Below are positions 54,040 through 62,886 of a stretch of DNA of 64,000 nt, piece by piece; positions within the stretch are counted from its first letter, which is position 1; each line of letters starts with the position of its first letter. The stretch comes from an uncultured Spirochaetaceae bacterium (GTDB lineage: Bacteria; Spirochaetota; Spirochaetia; DSM-27196; PWMO01): NCBI GenBank assembly GCA_964654185.1, contig CAZZIE010000005.1, positions 4,156 through 68,155 of the forward strand. Direction: 5' to 3'. The notes below the pieces were generated by a model. It worked only from the letters and a program-made list of their open reading frames with translations, was not told the origin of the DNA and did not search any database. The position numbers and the translations under genes were made by a program.

Positions 54040-54153
54040 GCGTTCTCCTTTTCGTCGTATCGGGCAAAGGTACCAACGCGGCAGCGCAGGGGGAAATGGG
54101 GGTTGTGGGGGCGGCGGCGAGAGGGGTCGGCGGGCCGGTGGGAATGCGCGCGG

Positions 54154-55260
54154 TTATTCGGAGAGGCCGTGTGCGAGGAGGCGGCCGAGGTCGCGGACGG
54201 CTCCGGCAACGTCGGTCACGCGCTTCTGGAAGAGCACTTCGATGCCGAGGTAGTGGGAGATGCCCATGAGGAAGTTGGCGACGACCGCCCGCTGGTGGGG
54301 TGGTACATCGCAGAGACTCGAAACGTACCCGTGTTCGAAGGCGTCATAATACTCGCGCACCGACTGCGGCACGACGAACTCCGCCTCCCGGACGATTTCG
54401 TAGTACTCGGGGTGGCCCGCGAAGTAGTGGAGGAAGTTCCACATGCCGTGGACCTCCTGGTGCCAGCGGGATTGAGTGCGAATCTGGTGTGTTCGAAGGA
54501 AGTGTCGGGTGCGCCGACCGATGTCACGGACCAACTCGGCGAGGAAGGAGTCCTTTCCGGAGAAGTGGTTGTAGAATGTGCCGACCGAATACCCCGCGGC
54601 CCGGGCAATGTCGACTACCTGTACCGCGTAGAAGCCGCGTTCACCGATCAACCCGACGGCCTTGTGGAGAAGACGGTCGTGCGGGGAGTCACCCTCGAGG
54701 GCGTCGGGTTCCGGAAGCGTCGTGAGGCCGATGACCTCGTCGGTCGCCTGGAAGATGCCGTTGAACAGCAACTCCGCCAGGAGGTCCTCGTCCGGCTCGA
54801 GGTCGCTCAGCAGCGAGCGTGTAGCGACAAATCGCAGGCCCGAGAGCAGATAGAGGTACTCTACCTCGGTGATGGTCCGACCGTAGATGCGTTCGGCCGT
54901 CGCCACGTAGAGGGCACGAATGCGCTCCTCGAACTGCGGAAAGCGGTATTGCCCCTCGCGGAACATCTTGACCTCACCGGCGTAGCGACGAGCGGCACCG
55001 GCTACGACCCGCACGAAGCTGCGAAGACGCTCCTTGACGGTATCTCCGGTCACACCGACAAGATCACGTTCGAGCTTCCCCAGGAAGGTTTCGAGGAGAA
55101 CGAAGAAGAGCTCTCTCTTGCCCGGGAAGTATCGATAGAAGGCGCCGTTCGACATGCCTGCCCGGCGACAGATCTCCGCAACCGAGACCGCGTCGTACCA
55201 CTCCTCGGAAAAGAGCTGCAGTCCCGCGGACCTCAGTCTCGGCAGGGTATCGCGCGCCAT
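54154..55260 (-). CDS. TetR family regulator with two tandem TetR modules
   Basis: I start at ATG 55260 (MARDTLPRLRSAG). HTH 1 is VSVAEICRRAGMSNGAFYRYFPGKRELF. HTH 2 is VQVVDIARAAGYSVGTFYNHFSGKDSFL. Confidence 0.8.
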   Translation of the reverse strand: MARDTLPRLRSAGLQLFSEEWYDAVSVAEICRRAGMSNGAFYRYFPGKRELFFVLLETFLGKLERDLVGVTGDTVKERLRSFVRVVAGAARRYAGEVKMFREGQYRFPQFEERIRALYVATAERIYGRTITEVEYLYLLSGLRFVATRSLLSDLEPDEDLLAELLFNGIFQATDEVIGLTTLPEPDALEGDSPHDRLLHKAVGLIGERGFYAVQVVDIARAAGYSVGTFYNHFSGKDSFLAELVRDIGRRTRHFLRTHQIRTQSRWHQEVHGMWNFLHYFAGHPEYYEIVREAEFVVPQSVREYYDAFEHGYVSSLCDVPPHQRAVVANFLMGISHYLGIEVLFQKRVTDVAGAVRDLGRLLAHGLSE

Positions 55261-55343
55261 CAGCGGGCCTCCAGAGGTTCGAGGGCGAATGCCCAGGGAA
55301 TGCCCCTCCCAATCGGGAGGGGCAGACATGGTGCAGAAAGGAC

Positions 55344-56567
55344 CTAGTTCAGGATGTCGTTGATCGGCTCGAGGGGCTGCTCAACGACCCAGTTGGGTCC
55401 GTCCGCGTAGGTCGCCCGGAGCAGCGACATGGCCTGCGTACCAACGCGGCGGCCGTCGGAGAAGTCGACCGATCCGCCGAGCGGAATGTTCACCGGCTCC
55501 TCTTCCATGGCGGCAACGTAGTTCTCCCAGGTGAGAGGATCCTCGCCGACCCGCTCGAGGCCCTGGACGAAGATCGCTGCGGCAATCCAGCCCGCCTGAG
55601 CGTAGGGATTGCCTGCCAGGGCCGGATCGATCTTGGAGACCTGGTCGGCAAACTCGATGAGGCCCTCAGTCTGGTTGCCCGCTTCGTCGACCACCTGCAG
55701 CCATGCACTGGCGTGCACGTCGAAGGAGTTGAGGGCTTCCTGTACACCTTCAACGAAGGTCGGAGCTGCGTTGACGTAGCTGGTGATGGCCGGCGCGGAG
55801 TTGCCCGCGGCCGCCAGCGCCTTGATGGCGACTTCTGCCGGAACCTGGTTGGCTGCAACCAGGACCACGTCCACATCCTCACTGATCATGGTCTGCGCGG
55901 CGGAGCTCATGTCGTTGGAGTCAGGGGGGACCTGGACCGCAACGACTTCGACACCGACCATCTCGGCTCGACGCTCAATGCCCGCAAGGAGACCTTTGCC
56001 GTCATCAGCGTTGGGGTAGATCACCCCGACCTTCTCGGCACCGAAGTCCCCAACGGCGCGAGCTACCATGACCTCGCCCTCGGCGTCGTAAATCGGCTGC
56101 ACCGGGAAGGATGCCCGGGCGCCGTCCTCGGCGTTCAGGTCAAAAAGAGCGCGGAGGCCGGTCGCGTAGTAGACCCGGGGAATACCAACAGTATTGAGGT
56201 ATTCCATTGTCGCGGCGACGGTCGGCGTGCCGAAGTGGCCCACGAAGGCGAAGATCTGGTCGTCTTCGACCAGACGCTGCGCGTAGGTCAGTCCCTGTGC
56301 GCCGTCGAACTCGTCGTCATAATGCACCCACTCGATGGTCCGGCCCGCTACACCACCGGCCTCGTTGACCATGTTGAAGTAGGCCTCAATGCCCTGGTTG
56401 AAGGGCACGCCCACTGCAGCAAGGCCACCGCTGGTTGCGGCACTGTTCCCGACGAGAACGCTATCTTCCGTCACGCCCTGCGCGGCGGCGCCCTCCTGCT
56501 CTCCCCCGGCCCATGCGGCGAAGACGGTCACGGCGATCATCAGAAATACGATCGCGATTCTTTTCAT
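55344..56567 (-). CDS. livK: Branched-chain amino acid ABC transporter substrate-binding protein
   Basis: I start at ATG 56567 after AGGAGGGAG. Signal MKRIAIVFLMIAVTVFAAWA. The body is Peripla_BP_6-like (VLVGNSAATSGGLAAVGVPFNQG..). Confidence 0.85.
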   Translation of the reverse strand: MKRIAIVFLMIAVTVFAAWAGGEQEGAAAQGVTEDSVLVGNSAATSGGLAAVGVPFNQGIEAYFNMVNEAGGVAGRTIEWVHYDDEFDGAQGLTYAQRLVEDDQIFAFVGHFGTPTVAATMEYLNTVGIPRVYYATGLRALFDLNAEDGARASFPVQPIYDAEGEVMVARAVGDFGAEKVGVIYPNADDGKGLLAGIERRAEMVGVEVVAVQVPPDSNDMSSAAQTMISEDVDVVLVAANQVPAEVAIKALAAAGNSAPAITSYVNAAPTFVEGVQEALNSFDVHASAWLQVVDEAGNQTEGLIEFADQVSKIDPALAGNPYAQAGWIAAAIFVQGLERVGEDPLTWENYVAAMEEEPVNIPLGGSVDFSDGRRVGTQAMSLLRATYADGPNWVVEQPLEPINDILN

Positions 56568-56675
56568 CTCTCCCTCCTTGGAAGTGTTCAATTCCAGGTC
56601 GAGCGCCCGGCCCGATTCCGGTCCGGCACCTTTCCGGCCCGGCCCGATCCTGGAGTGATTACGTATTTGGTGAGC

Positions 56676-57398
56676 TCACGTGTTCTCGCGGCCCAGGTAG
56701 GCCGCGACGAGCTCCGGGTCGTTCTGCAACTCCGCCGCAGGCCCCTCTTTCACGACGTTGCCCACCTGGAGCACGTACGCGTAGTCCGAAATCTTCAGCG
56801 TCTGCAAGGCGTTCTGCTCGACGATCAGGATGGTAGTCCCCTCGTTCCGGAACTCCTCGATAATCTTGAAGATGTTTCGGACGATCATCGGTGCAAGGCC
56901 GAGAGAAGGCTCGTCGAGGACGAGAAGTCTGGGCGACGCCATGAGCGCCCGGCCGATCGCGAGCATCTGCTGCTCACCACCGGAAAGGGTCTGGGCAACC
57001 TGGTCTTTCCGCTCCTCGAGAACCGGAAAGTAGCCGAAGACCCGGCGCAGATTCTCATCGCGCTCGGCCTTGTCCTTCACGGTGAAGGCGCCGATCTGCA
57101 GATTCTCCTGCGTCGTGAGCTCACCGAAGATCTGACGCCCCTCCGGAGCCTGGACAATCCCCATCTTGGTGATCTTCTCCGCGCTGAAGCCGGTTATGTC
57201 CTCACCGTCGAAGCGCACCTCTCCCGTTACCGCCGGGACCAGACCGGAGATCTTCTTGAGAAGCGTTGATTTTCCACCGCCGTTCGAGCCGAGCACCGCG
57301 ACAATGCCCCCCTGGGGCACCGAGATCGTTACCGACCGCAGCGCTTCAATGGCGCCGTAAGAGACGCTCAGATTTCGTACATCGAGAAGCGCGTTCAT
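56676..57398 (-). CDS. livF: Branched-chain amino acid ABC transporter ATP-binding protein LivF
   Basis: GSNGGGKSTLL, LSGGEQQMLAIGRAL and LLVLDEPSLGLAP. Confidence 0.9.
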   Translation of the reverse strand: MNALLDVRNLSVSYGAIEALRSVTISVPQGGIVAVLGSNGGGKSTLLKKISGLVPAVTGEVRFDGEDITGFSAEKITKMGIVQAPEGRQIFGELTTQENLQIGAFTVKDKAERDENLRRVFGYFPVLEERKDQVAQTLSGGEQQMLAIGRALMASPRLLVLDEPSLGLAPMIVRNIFKIIEEFRNEGTTILIVEQNALQTLKISDYAYVLQVGNVVKEGPAAELQNDPELVAAYLGRENT

Positions 57399-58189
57399 TC
57401 CTCGTCGTCCTTTCCGAGATAGGCTTCCTGCACGAGCGGATTCGCTTGAATGCGCGTAGGCGCATCCATCGCGAGGAACCTGCCGAAGTTGATCGCACAG
57501 ACGCGGTCGCAGATGTTCATGACAAGGCCCATGTCGTGCTCGATCAGAAGAATGGAAGTATTGAACTGGTCCCTGATCCGATAGATCAGTGCATCGAGCT
57601 CGTCCGTCTCCTGATCGTTCAAGCCTGCCGCCGGCTCGTCCAGAATGATCAGCCGCGGCTCGGTCATGAGGGTGCGGGCGATCTCGATCTTCTTGAGGAT
57701 GCCGTAGGGCTGACCTGCCGCGTAGTAGTCCTTGAGGTGACCAATGCCCAGAAAGTCCAGGATGCCCGCGGCCTTCTCTCGCATCTCCCGCTCCTCGCGC
57801 CGCGCCTTCGGCGTCTTCAGCAGGTGCGAGATGATGCCCGTCTGGAAGTGGGTGTGGCTTCCAACCATGACGTTGTCCAGGATGGAGAGGTCCCGCACGA
57901 GCTCCAGGTTCTGGAAGGTTCGGGCAATACCCCGCTGTACCACCTCGGTCACCCCCAGTGAGCGAAGGTCAATGGGGCCGCCGTCGACGTGAAGTCGAAT
58001 CGAACCGGTGTACTCCTTGTAGAACTGAGTCACGCAGTTGAACACAGTAGTCTTGCCGGCGCCGTTGGGCCCAATGAGTCCCACGATCTCCCCCTCGTAG
58101 ACGGTGAAGGTGAGATCGTCTACCGCCTTCAGGCCGCCGAAGGCCATTGATACGCCGTCGAGCTCGAGGATGGGTCGTCGTTCGGTCAC
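57395..58189 (-). CDS. livG: Branched-chain amino acid ABC transporter ATP-binding protein LivG
   Basis: GTG start 58189 overlaps the livM stop (GTGA), with GGGAGG upstream. GPNGAGKTTVFN, and the C-terminal LivG-type extension ..NPLVQEAYLG. Confidence 0.9.
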   Translation of the reverse strand: MTERRPILELDGVSMAFGGLKAVDDLTFTVYEGEIVGLIGPNGAGKTTVFNCVTQFYKEYTGSIRLHVDGGPIDLRSLGVTEVVQRGIARTFQNLELVRDLSILDNVMVGSHTHFQTGIISHLLKTPKARREEREMREKAAGILDFLGIGHLKDYYAAGQPYGILKKIEIARTLMTEPRLIILDEPAAGLNDQETDELDALIYRIRDQFNTSILLIEHDMGLVMNICDRVCAINFGRFLAMDAPTRIQANPLVQEAYLGKDDEE

Positions 58190-59262
58190 TTCGATTTCCT
58201 CCCGCCGGCGGGCCGGTCCTCGGCCTTGCGGCCTCCAGTCATTCGATTCTTCGAACCAACAAAGAGCCGCTTCAGATCCTGCCCGACAAAGATGAAACCC
58301 CGCGGATAGAAGAGAATCACGAGTATGATGAGCCCGCCCGAGAACACGTATGAGATATCCCCCAGAAGGTCCTTGAGGAGCAGGTTCGGGAGGCCATAGA
58401 TGATGATGGCACCCAGGAACGTACCAATGATGGACTTGAACCCGCCCACGACCACCATGGCAATGATGAGGAGGCTGATGTTCAGCGTCCACGCCCGGGT
58501 CGGTGCGTTCTGGAAGTAGAGAGCGTAGAGAATACCGCCTGCCGTCGCGTACAGGGTCGCAGTGACAAAGGCGGTGAGCCGATACTTCAGCAGGCTGATT
58601 CCCATGGCCTGCGCGGCATGCTCACTCCGGCTCATGGCCATGAGTGCCCGACCGGTCCGGCTCTTCACGAGGTTGTGCATGAGGACCATCATGACGAACA
58701 TCACCACAATGACGATCCCGTAGAGGATGCTTCGCTGGTCCTGAAGGATCTGGTTCAGCTCAATGAGCCCGAACAGCCGCACCGAACCAATTGAAATGAA
58801 CTCACCACCGAAGACCGGCACGGAGGTGTAGATCTGCCGGAGGATCTCCCCGATGAAGAGCGTGGCAATGGCGAGGTAGATACTCTCCACCTTCAGGGAA
58901 AAGAGCCCGATTACCGCGCCGAGTGAGCCGGAAATGAGCAGGGTGAGGATCGCGGCGACTTCGAAGGGCAGTCCCATCTGAAGAAAGACCCCGACACCAA
59001 GCGCTCCCGCGCCAATGAACCCGGCGGTCCCAAGGGAGATCAGCCCGCTGAACCCCAGGAGGATGTTCATACCCAGGGCTACCACCGTGTAGATCGCCGT
59101 ATAGGCAAAGACGCTCATGGTTGAGAAGCGCATGAGTCCCAGATGCGGCAGTACGGCAAAGATGAGCAGAATGGCTCCCAGCAGCGTGAACTGAAGGATC
59201 GGCTTGTTCTGGAGCGCCCGGCCGAGCCCGAGGCCCTGTTTTGCATTCATGGTTCCGCTCAT
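58186..59262 (-). CDS. livM: Branched-chain amino acid ABC transporter permease LivM
   Basis: 358 aa, polytopic (GLISLGTAGFIGAGA.., ..RTGRALMAMSRSEHAAQAMGI). Confidence 0.85.
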   Translation of the reverse strand: MSGTMNAKQGLGLGRALQNKPILQFTLLGAILLIFAVLPHLGLMRFSTMSVFAYTAIYTVVALGMNILLGFSGLISLGTAGFIGAGALGVGVFLQMGLPFEVAAILTLLISGSLGAVIGLFSLKVESIYLAIATLFIGEILRQIYTSVPVFGGEFISIGSVRLFGLIELNQILQDQRSILYGIVIVVMFVMMVLMHNLVKSRTGRALMAMSRSEHAAQAMGISLLKYRLTAFVTATLYATAGGILYALYFQNAPTRAWTLNISLLIIAMVVVGGFKSIIGTFLGAIIIYGLPNLLLKDLLGDISYVFSGGLIILVILFYPRGFIFVGQDLKRLFVGSKNRMTGGRKAEDRPAGGRKSK

Positions 59263-59268
59263 ATCGAC

Positions 59269-60156
59269 CTATACCTTCTTCACCAGCTTCTTCCCGAACA
59301 GGCCGTAGGGCTTGAAGTACAGGAAGACGAGAATGAGCGAGTAGACAATGACATTGCCCCAGATATCCGAGATATAGAAAGCTGTGAAGTTCCGGGCAAA
59401 GGCAATGATGAAAGCGCCGACAACCGGACCGAGGAACGTCGAGAAGCCCCCGAGGACACCGGCGAAGAAGGCGCTCACCTGCACGTCAAGGAGCATGTTG
59501 GGGTTCACGCTCGCCTGCGGTGCCACGATCAGCGCCGCCAGAGTACCCATCATGGCCGCGGCCGCCCAGGAGATCATGGTCACGGTTCGAGTGGGAACGC
59601 CCATCAACTTGGCCGTGGTCTCGTTCGCCGCGGTCACCCGGATCGCGAGCCCCCAGCGCGTGTTCTGAATGAACCAGAAGAGAAAGCCCATGAGACCAAG
59701 GCTGATGACGATGACAAAGACCGTGTTGTAGCGCAACGTCGCGCCGGCGATATCGACACTGGCCCCCGGAATGAAGCTCGGCAGTCGGTACGGGTCCACC
59801 CCGAAAAGGAGGGGGATCAACCCGGTGATCACCATGATCAACCCGAGGGTGATGATCTGCTTGGAGATGGGGCTCACCCTGGATGCCGGCCGGATGATGA
59901 AGGTATCGATCAGAACACCCGTGACAAAAGCCGTGATCAGCGACGCAAGCGCGACGAGCCAGATGCTCCATCCCCAGCTGAGGAGGAGAATGCCTGCCAC
60001 ATAGGCGTTCAGCGTGCCGATGGACCCCTGCGCGAAGTTCGTAGTCCGGCTTGTCTTCCAGATCAGCGCAATGCCGAGCGCCGCCAGGGCGTAGGTGCTT
60101 CCGGTCTGCAGACTGTTGAATAGGATTCGGAGGATTTCCGCCATTACATCTCCCAC
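59269..60156 (-). CDS. livH: Branched-chain amino acid ABC transporter permease LivH
   Basis: 295 aa (LFNSLQTGSTYALAALGIALIWKTSRTTNFAQGS.., ..RWGLAIRVTAANETTAKLMGV). An alternative start is at 60144. Confidence 0.85.
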   Translation of the reverse strand: MGDVMAEILRILFNSLQTGSTYALAALGIALIWKTSRTTNFAQGSIGTLNAYVAGILLLSWGWSIWLVALASLITAFVTGVLIDTFIIRPASRVSPISKQIITLGLIMVITGLIPLLFGVDPYRLPSFIPGASVDIAGATLRYNTVFVIVISLGLMGFLFWFIQNTRWGLAIRVTAANETTAKLMGVPTRTVTMISWAAAAMMGTLAALIVAPQASVNPNMLLDVQVSAFFAGVLGGFSTFLGPVVGAFIIAFARNFTAFYISDIWGNVIVYSLILVFLYFKPYGLFGKKLVKKV

Positions 60157-60299
60157 GATTCGTGAAAACTGAATCAGTCCTCACGTTGTCGCGATTTTTG
60201 CATTGCGCGACACATCTGTCAAGAGAAAAGTGAGAGATGATTCACTTTTTGCAGCAGCCGCCGCTATCCCTTGGGCACAAAAGTGTGTAGCTTCCCCCC

Positions 60300-62132
60300 A
60301 TGCACAAAGACGCATCCAACGACTCGCTTCGCAATATCGCAATCATTGCTCATGTCGATCACGGCAAGACGACCCTGGTGGATTCCCTCTTTCGACAGTC
60401 CGGTGTGTTTCGGGAGGGACAGGAGGTTGCCGAGCGCCTCATGGACAATCTGGACCTGGAGAAGGAGCGCGGCATCACCATTGCGGCCAAGAACAGTGCC
60501 ATCATGTGGAAGGCCGTGAAGATCAACATCCTCGATACTCCCGGCCACGCCGACTTCGGCGGCGAGGTGGAGCGCGCCCTATCCATGGTGGACGGCGTGT
60601 TGCTGTTGGTGGACGCCTCCGAGGGGCCCCTGCCGCAGACGCGCTTCGTTCTGGACAAGGCGCTGCGCCTCTCGTTGCACGTGGTGGTTGTCATCAATAA
60701 GATCGACCGGCCGGATGCCAGGCCGCAGGAGGTGCTCGACGAGATCTACGACCTCCTGATCGACCTCGAAGCGGATGAGGAACAGCTCGACTGCCCGGTG
60801 CTCTACGCCGACGGCAGAGCCGGCGTCGCCACCCGGGACCTGCAGACCAAACCGGAAAACCTCCACGTCCTCATGGATGCGATTCTCGAGGAGGTCCCGC
60901 CGCCCGCCTACGCCTCCGGCGAGCCCTTTCAGATGCTGGTCTCCGACCTCTCCTACTCCGACTTCCTGGGCCGCCTTGCGGTTGGGAAAGTCATGCACGG
61001 ATCCGTGCGGAGCCGGGAGCAGCTCGTCTGCCTGGGAGAGGGAGGCCGGGTGACGCCCCTGAACGTCACGCAGCTCCAGGCGTACCGCGGCCCCGCCGTG
61101 GCGGAGGTCGACCGCGCCGAGCCCGGAGACATTGTCGTCCTCGCGGGCGTCGAAGAGGTGCACATTGGTGACACCATCTGCGCCCGGGAGGCGCCCAAAG
61201 CGCTTCCGCGGATCACCGTGGAGGAGCCCACGGTTTCCATGCGCTTCGCGCCGAACACATCGCCCCTGGCGGGAAAAGAGGGCTCGATCGTCCAATCGAG
61301 CCGCATCCACGAGCGCCTGGTCAAGGAGACGCTGCAGAACGTCTCGATCCAGGTGATCGAGGCGGAGGACAAGGGCGGCTTCACTGTCAAAGGGCGCGGC
61401 GAGTTCCAGATGGTGATCCTCATGGAGACCATGCGGCGAGAGGGCTTCGAACTCACCGTCGGGCGGCCCCGGGTCATCATGAAAGAGATCGATGGCTCCC
61501 GCCACGAGCCGATCGAGCACCTCTTTCTGGAGTGCGATGAGCGCTTTGCCGGCGTGGTCACCGAAAAGCTCTCGCAACGCAAAGGGCGCATGTTGAGCTA
61601 CGAGGCGCACAAAGGGCACCGCGTCCGGCTTGAGTTCACCGTCCCTTCCCGGGGCCTCCTCGGCTACCGGGACGAGTTTCTCACCGACACGCGGGGGACC
61701 GGCATCATCAACTCAAGCCTTCAGGGCTACGAGCCCTACCGTGGCGACTTCCCGAGCCGCATTACCGGCTCCCTTGTCGCAGACCGCTCCGGCGAGGCGG
61801 TCCCCTACGCCCTCTACAACCTCGAGCCCCGGGGCTACCTCTTCATTGAGCCCGGCGACAAAGTCTATGAAGGAATGATAATCGGTGAGCACAACCGAGA
61901 CGGCGACCTGAACGTGAACCCGACGAAGACCAAGAAGCTCTCCAACATGCGCGCCGCCGGCAAGGATGAGAACGTGGTCCTGACCCCCATCCTCCCTATG
62001 ACCCTCGAGCGCGCCATTCAATTCATCCAGGACGATGAAGCCGTCGAAGTGACCCCACGCTCCATTCGCCTCCGCAAGCTGTGGCTGACCGCACAGGACC
62101 GCAAGGGGGAGCAGAAGAAGATGGCGGGGTGA
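60300..62132 (+). CDS. typA: Translational GTPase TypA/BipA
   Basis: IRNIAIIAHVDHGKTTLVD, DTPGHADFGGEVER, NKIDR and the BipA-specific C-terminal domain. Length 610 aa. Confidence 0.95.
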   Translation: MHKDASNDSLRNIAIIAHVDHGKTTLVDSLFRQSGVFREGQEVAERLMDNLDLEKERGITIAAKNSAIMWKAVKINILDTPGHADFGGEVERALSMVDGVLLLVDASEGPLPQTRFVLDKALRLSLHVVVVINKIDRPDARPQEVLDEIYDLLIDLEADEEQLDCPVLYADGRAGVATRDLQTKPENLHVLMDAILEEVPPPAYASGEPFQMLVSDLSYSDFLGRLAVGKVMHGSVRSREQLVCLGEGGRVTPLNVTQLQAYRGPAVAEVDRAEPGDIVVLAGVEEVHIGDTICAREAPKALPRITVEEPTVSMRFAPNTSPLAGKEGSIVQSSRIHERLVKETLQNVSIQVIEAEDKGGFTVKGRGEFQMVILMETMRREGFELTVGRPRVIMKEIDGSRHEPIEHLFLECDERFAGVVTEKLSQRKGRMLSYEAHKGHRVRLEFTVPSRGLLGYRDEFLTDTRGTGIINSSLQGYEPYRGDFPSRITGSLVADRSGEAVPYALYNLEPRGYLFIEPGDKVYEGMIIGEHNRDGDLNVNPTKTKKLSNMRAAGKDENVVLTPILPMTLERAIQFIQDDEAVEVTPRSIRLRKLWLTAQDRKGEQKKMAG

Positions 62133-62185
62133 GCGGGTGCACGAACCACCTTGACGGCCCCGCAGCGCCGACATATGATGCACAT

Positions 62186-62446
62186 ATGCGCACAACGATA
62201 ACCATTGATGATGCAGTGATGCACGAAATCAAGCGTCGGGCGGATGAAACGGATAGATCGGTGTCCGGTGTAGTCAACGACATCCTCAAGGCCCATCTTG
62301 CCGGCCGGACCGACGAGGGGCCACCTTTCCGACAACAGACCCATGCGCTTGGTGCACGTGCCGGTATCAACTTCCACAAGTCCCTGGATTTCGCCGCTGA
62401 GATGGAAACCGACTACACCATCGACAAGCTCGAGCTCGGAAAATGA
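62186..62446 (+). CDS. vapB: VapB-like antitoxin (RHH-type)
   Basis: I start at ATG 62186 (MRTTITIDDAVMHEIKRRADETDRSVSGVVNDILKAHL). ATGA overlap with the PIN gene. Confidence 0.7.
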   Translation: MRTTITIDDAVMHEIKRRADETDRSVSGVVNDILKAHLAGRTDEGPPFRQQTHALGARAGINFHKSLDFAAEMETDYTIDKLELGK

Positions 62447-62871
62447 TCGTTCCCGATCTGAACCTGCTGATCTACGCGGTAAACGAGGAAGGAACACATC
62501 ACGAGCGCTGTAAGGAGTGGTGGGAGTCGGTCATGAACGGTGTCGAGGAGGTCGCCCTCCCGTGGGTGGTGACCCTCGGTTTTCTCCGTCTCACGACCTC
62601 TCCGCGGGTGTTTTCCTCACCGCTCTCTCCCAATGCCGCCTGGGAGCTGGTGGATGCCTGGCTCGACCGCCCGCTCTGCCGCGCCCTCGGCCCCGGCACA
62701 CGCCACCGTGAGATCCTTACGACGCTCACTATTGAACACGGCACCGGCGGCAATCTCACAACGGATGCGCACCTCGCGGCGCTCTGCATTGAGCACGGCG
62801 GCGTGCTCTACACCGCGGACGCCGACTTCGGGCGCTTCCCGGCACTGAGGTGGAAGAATCCGCTGCGCTGA
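62443..62871 (+). CDS. vapC: Type II toxin VapC (PIN domain ribonuclease)
   Basis: MIVPDLNLLIYA carries the first acidic residue. ..TTDAHLAALCIEHGGVLYTADADFGRFP carries the distal acidic residues. Confidence 0.85.
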   Translation: MIVPDLNLLIYAVNEEGTHHERCKEWWESVMNGVEEVALPWVVTLGFLRLTTSPRVFSSPLSPNAAWELVDAWLDRPLCRALGPGTRHREILTTLTIEHGTGGNLTTDAHLAALCIEHGGVLYTADADFGRFPALRWKNPLR

Positions 62872-62886
62872 AGCCGCGCCCGTTCT

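Noticed and set aside
53551-55347. 598-aa plus-strand ORF, and also 55713..57269 (518 aa), 59143..60123 (326 aa), 57266..57961 and 26582..27907 (441 aa).
   Set aside because: They are antisense to well-supported AKR/TetR, livK/livF, livH/livM and CUT1 binding-protein genes. No recognisable motifs are present. They are typical high-GC shadow frames.
60157-60299. Inverted repeat GTCGCG-N12-CGCGAC in the livH-typA divergent region as an operator for the tandem TetR.
   Set aside because: It has only 6-bp arms with a long AT-rich spacer. Nothing links it to the regulator. It is not distinguishable from chance.
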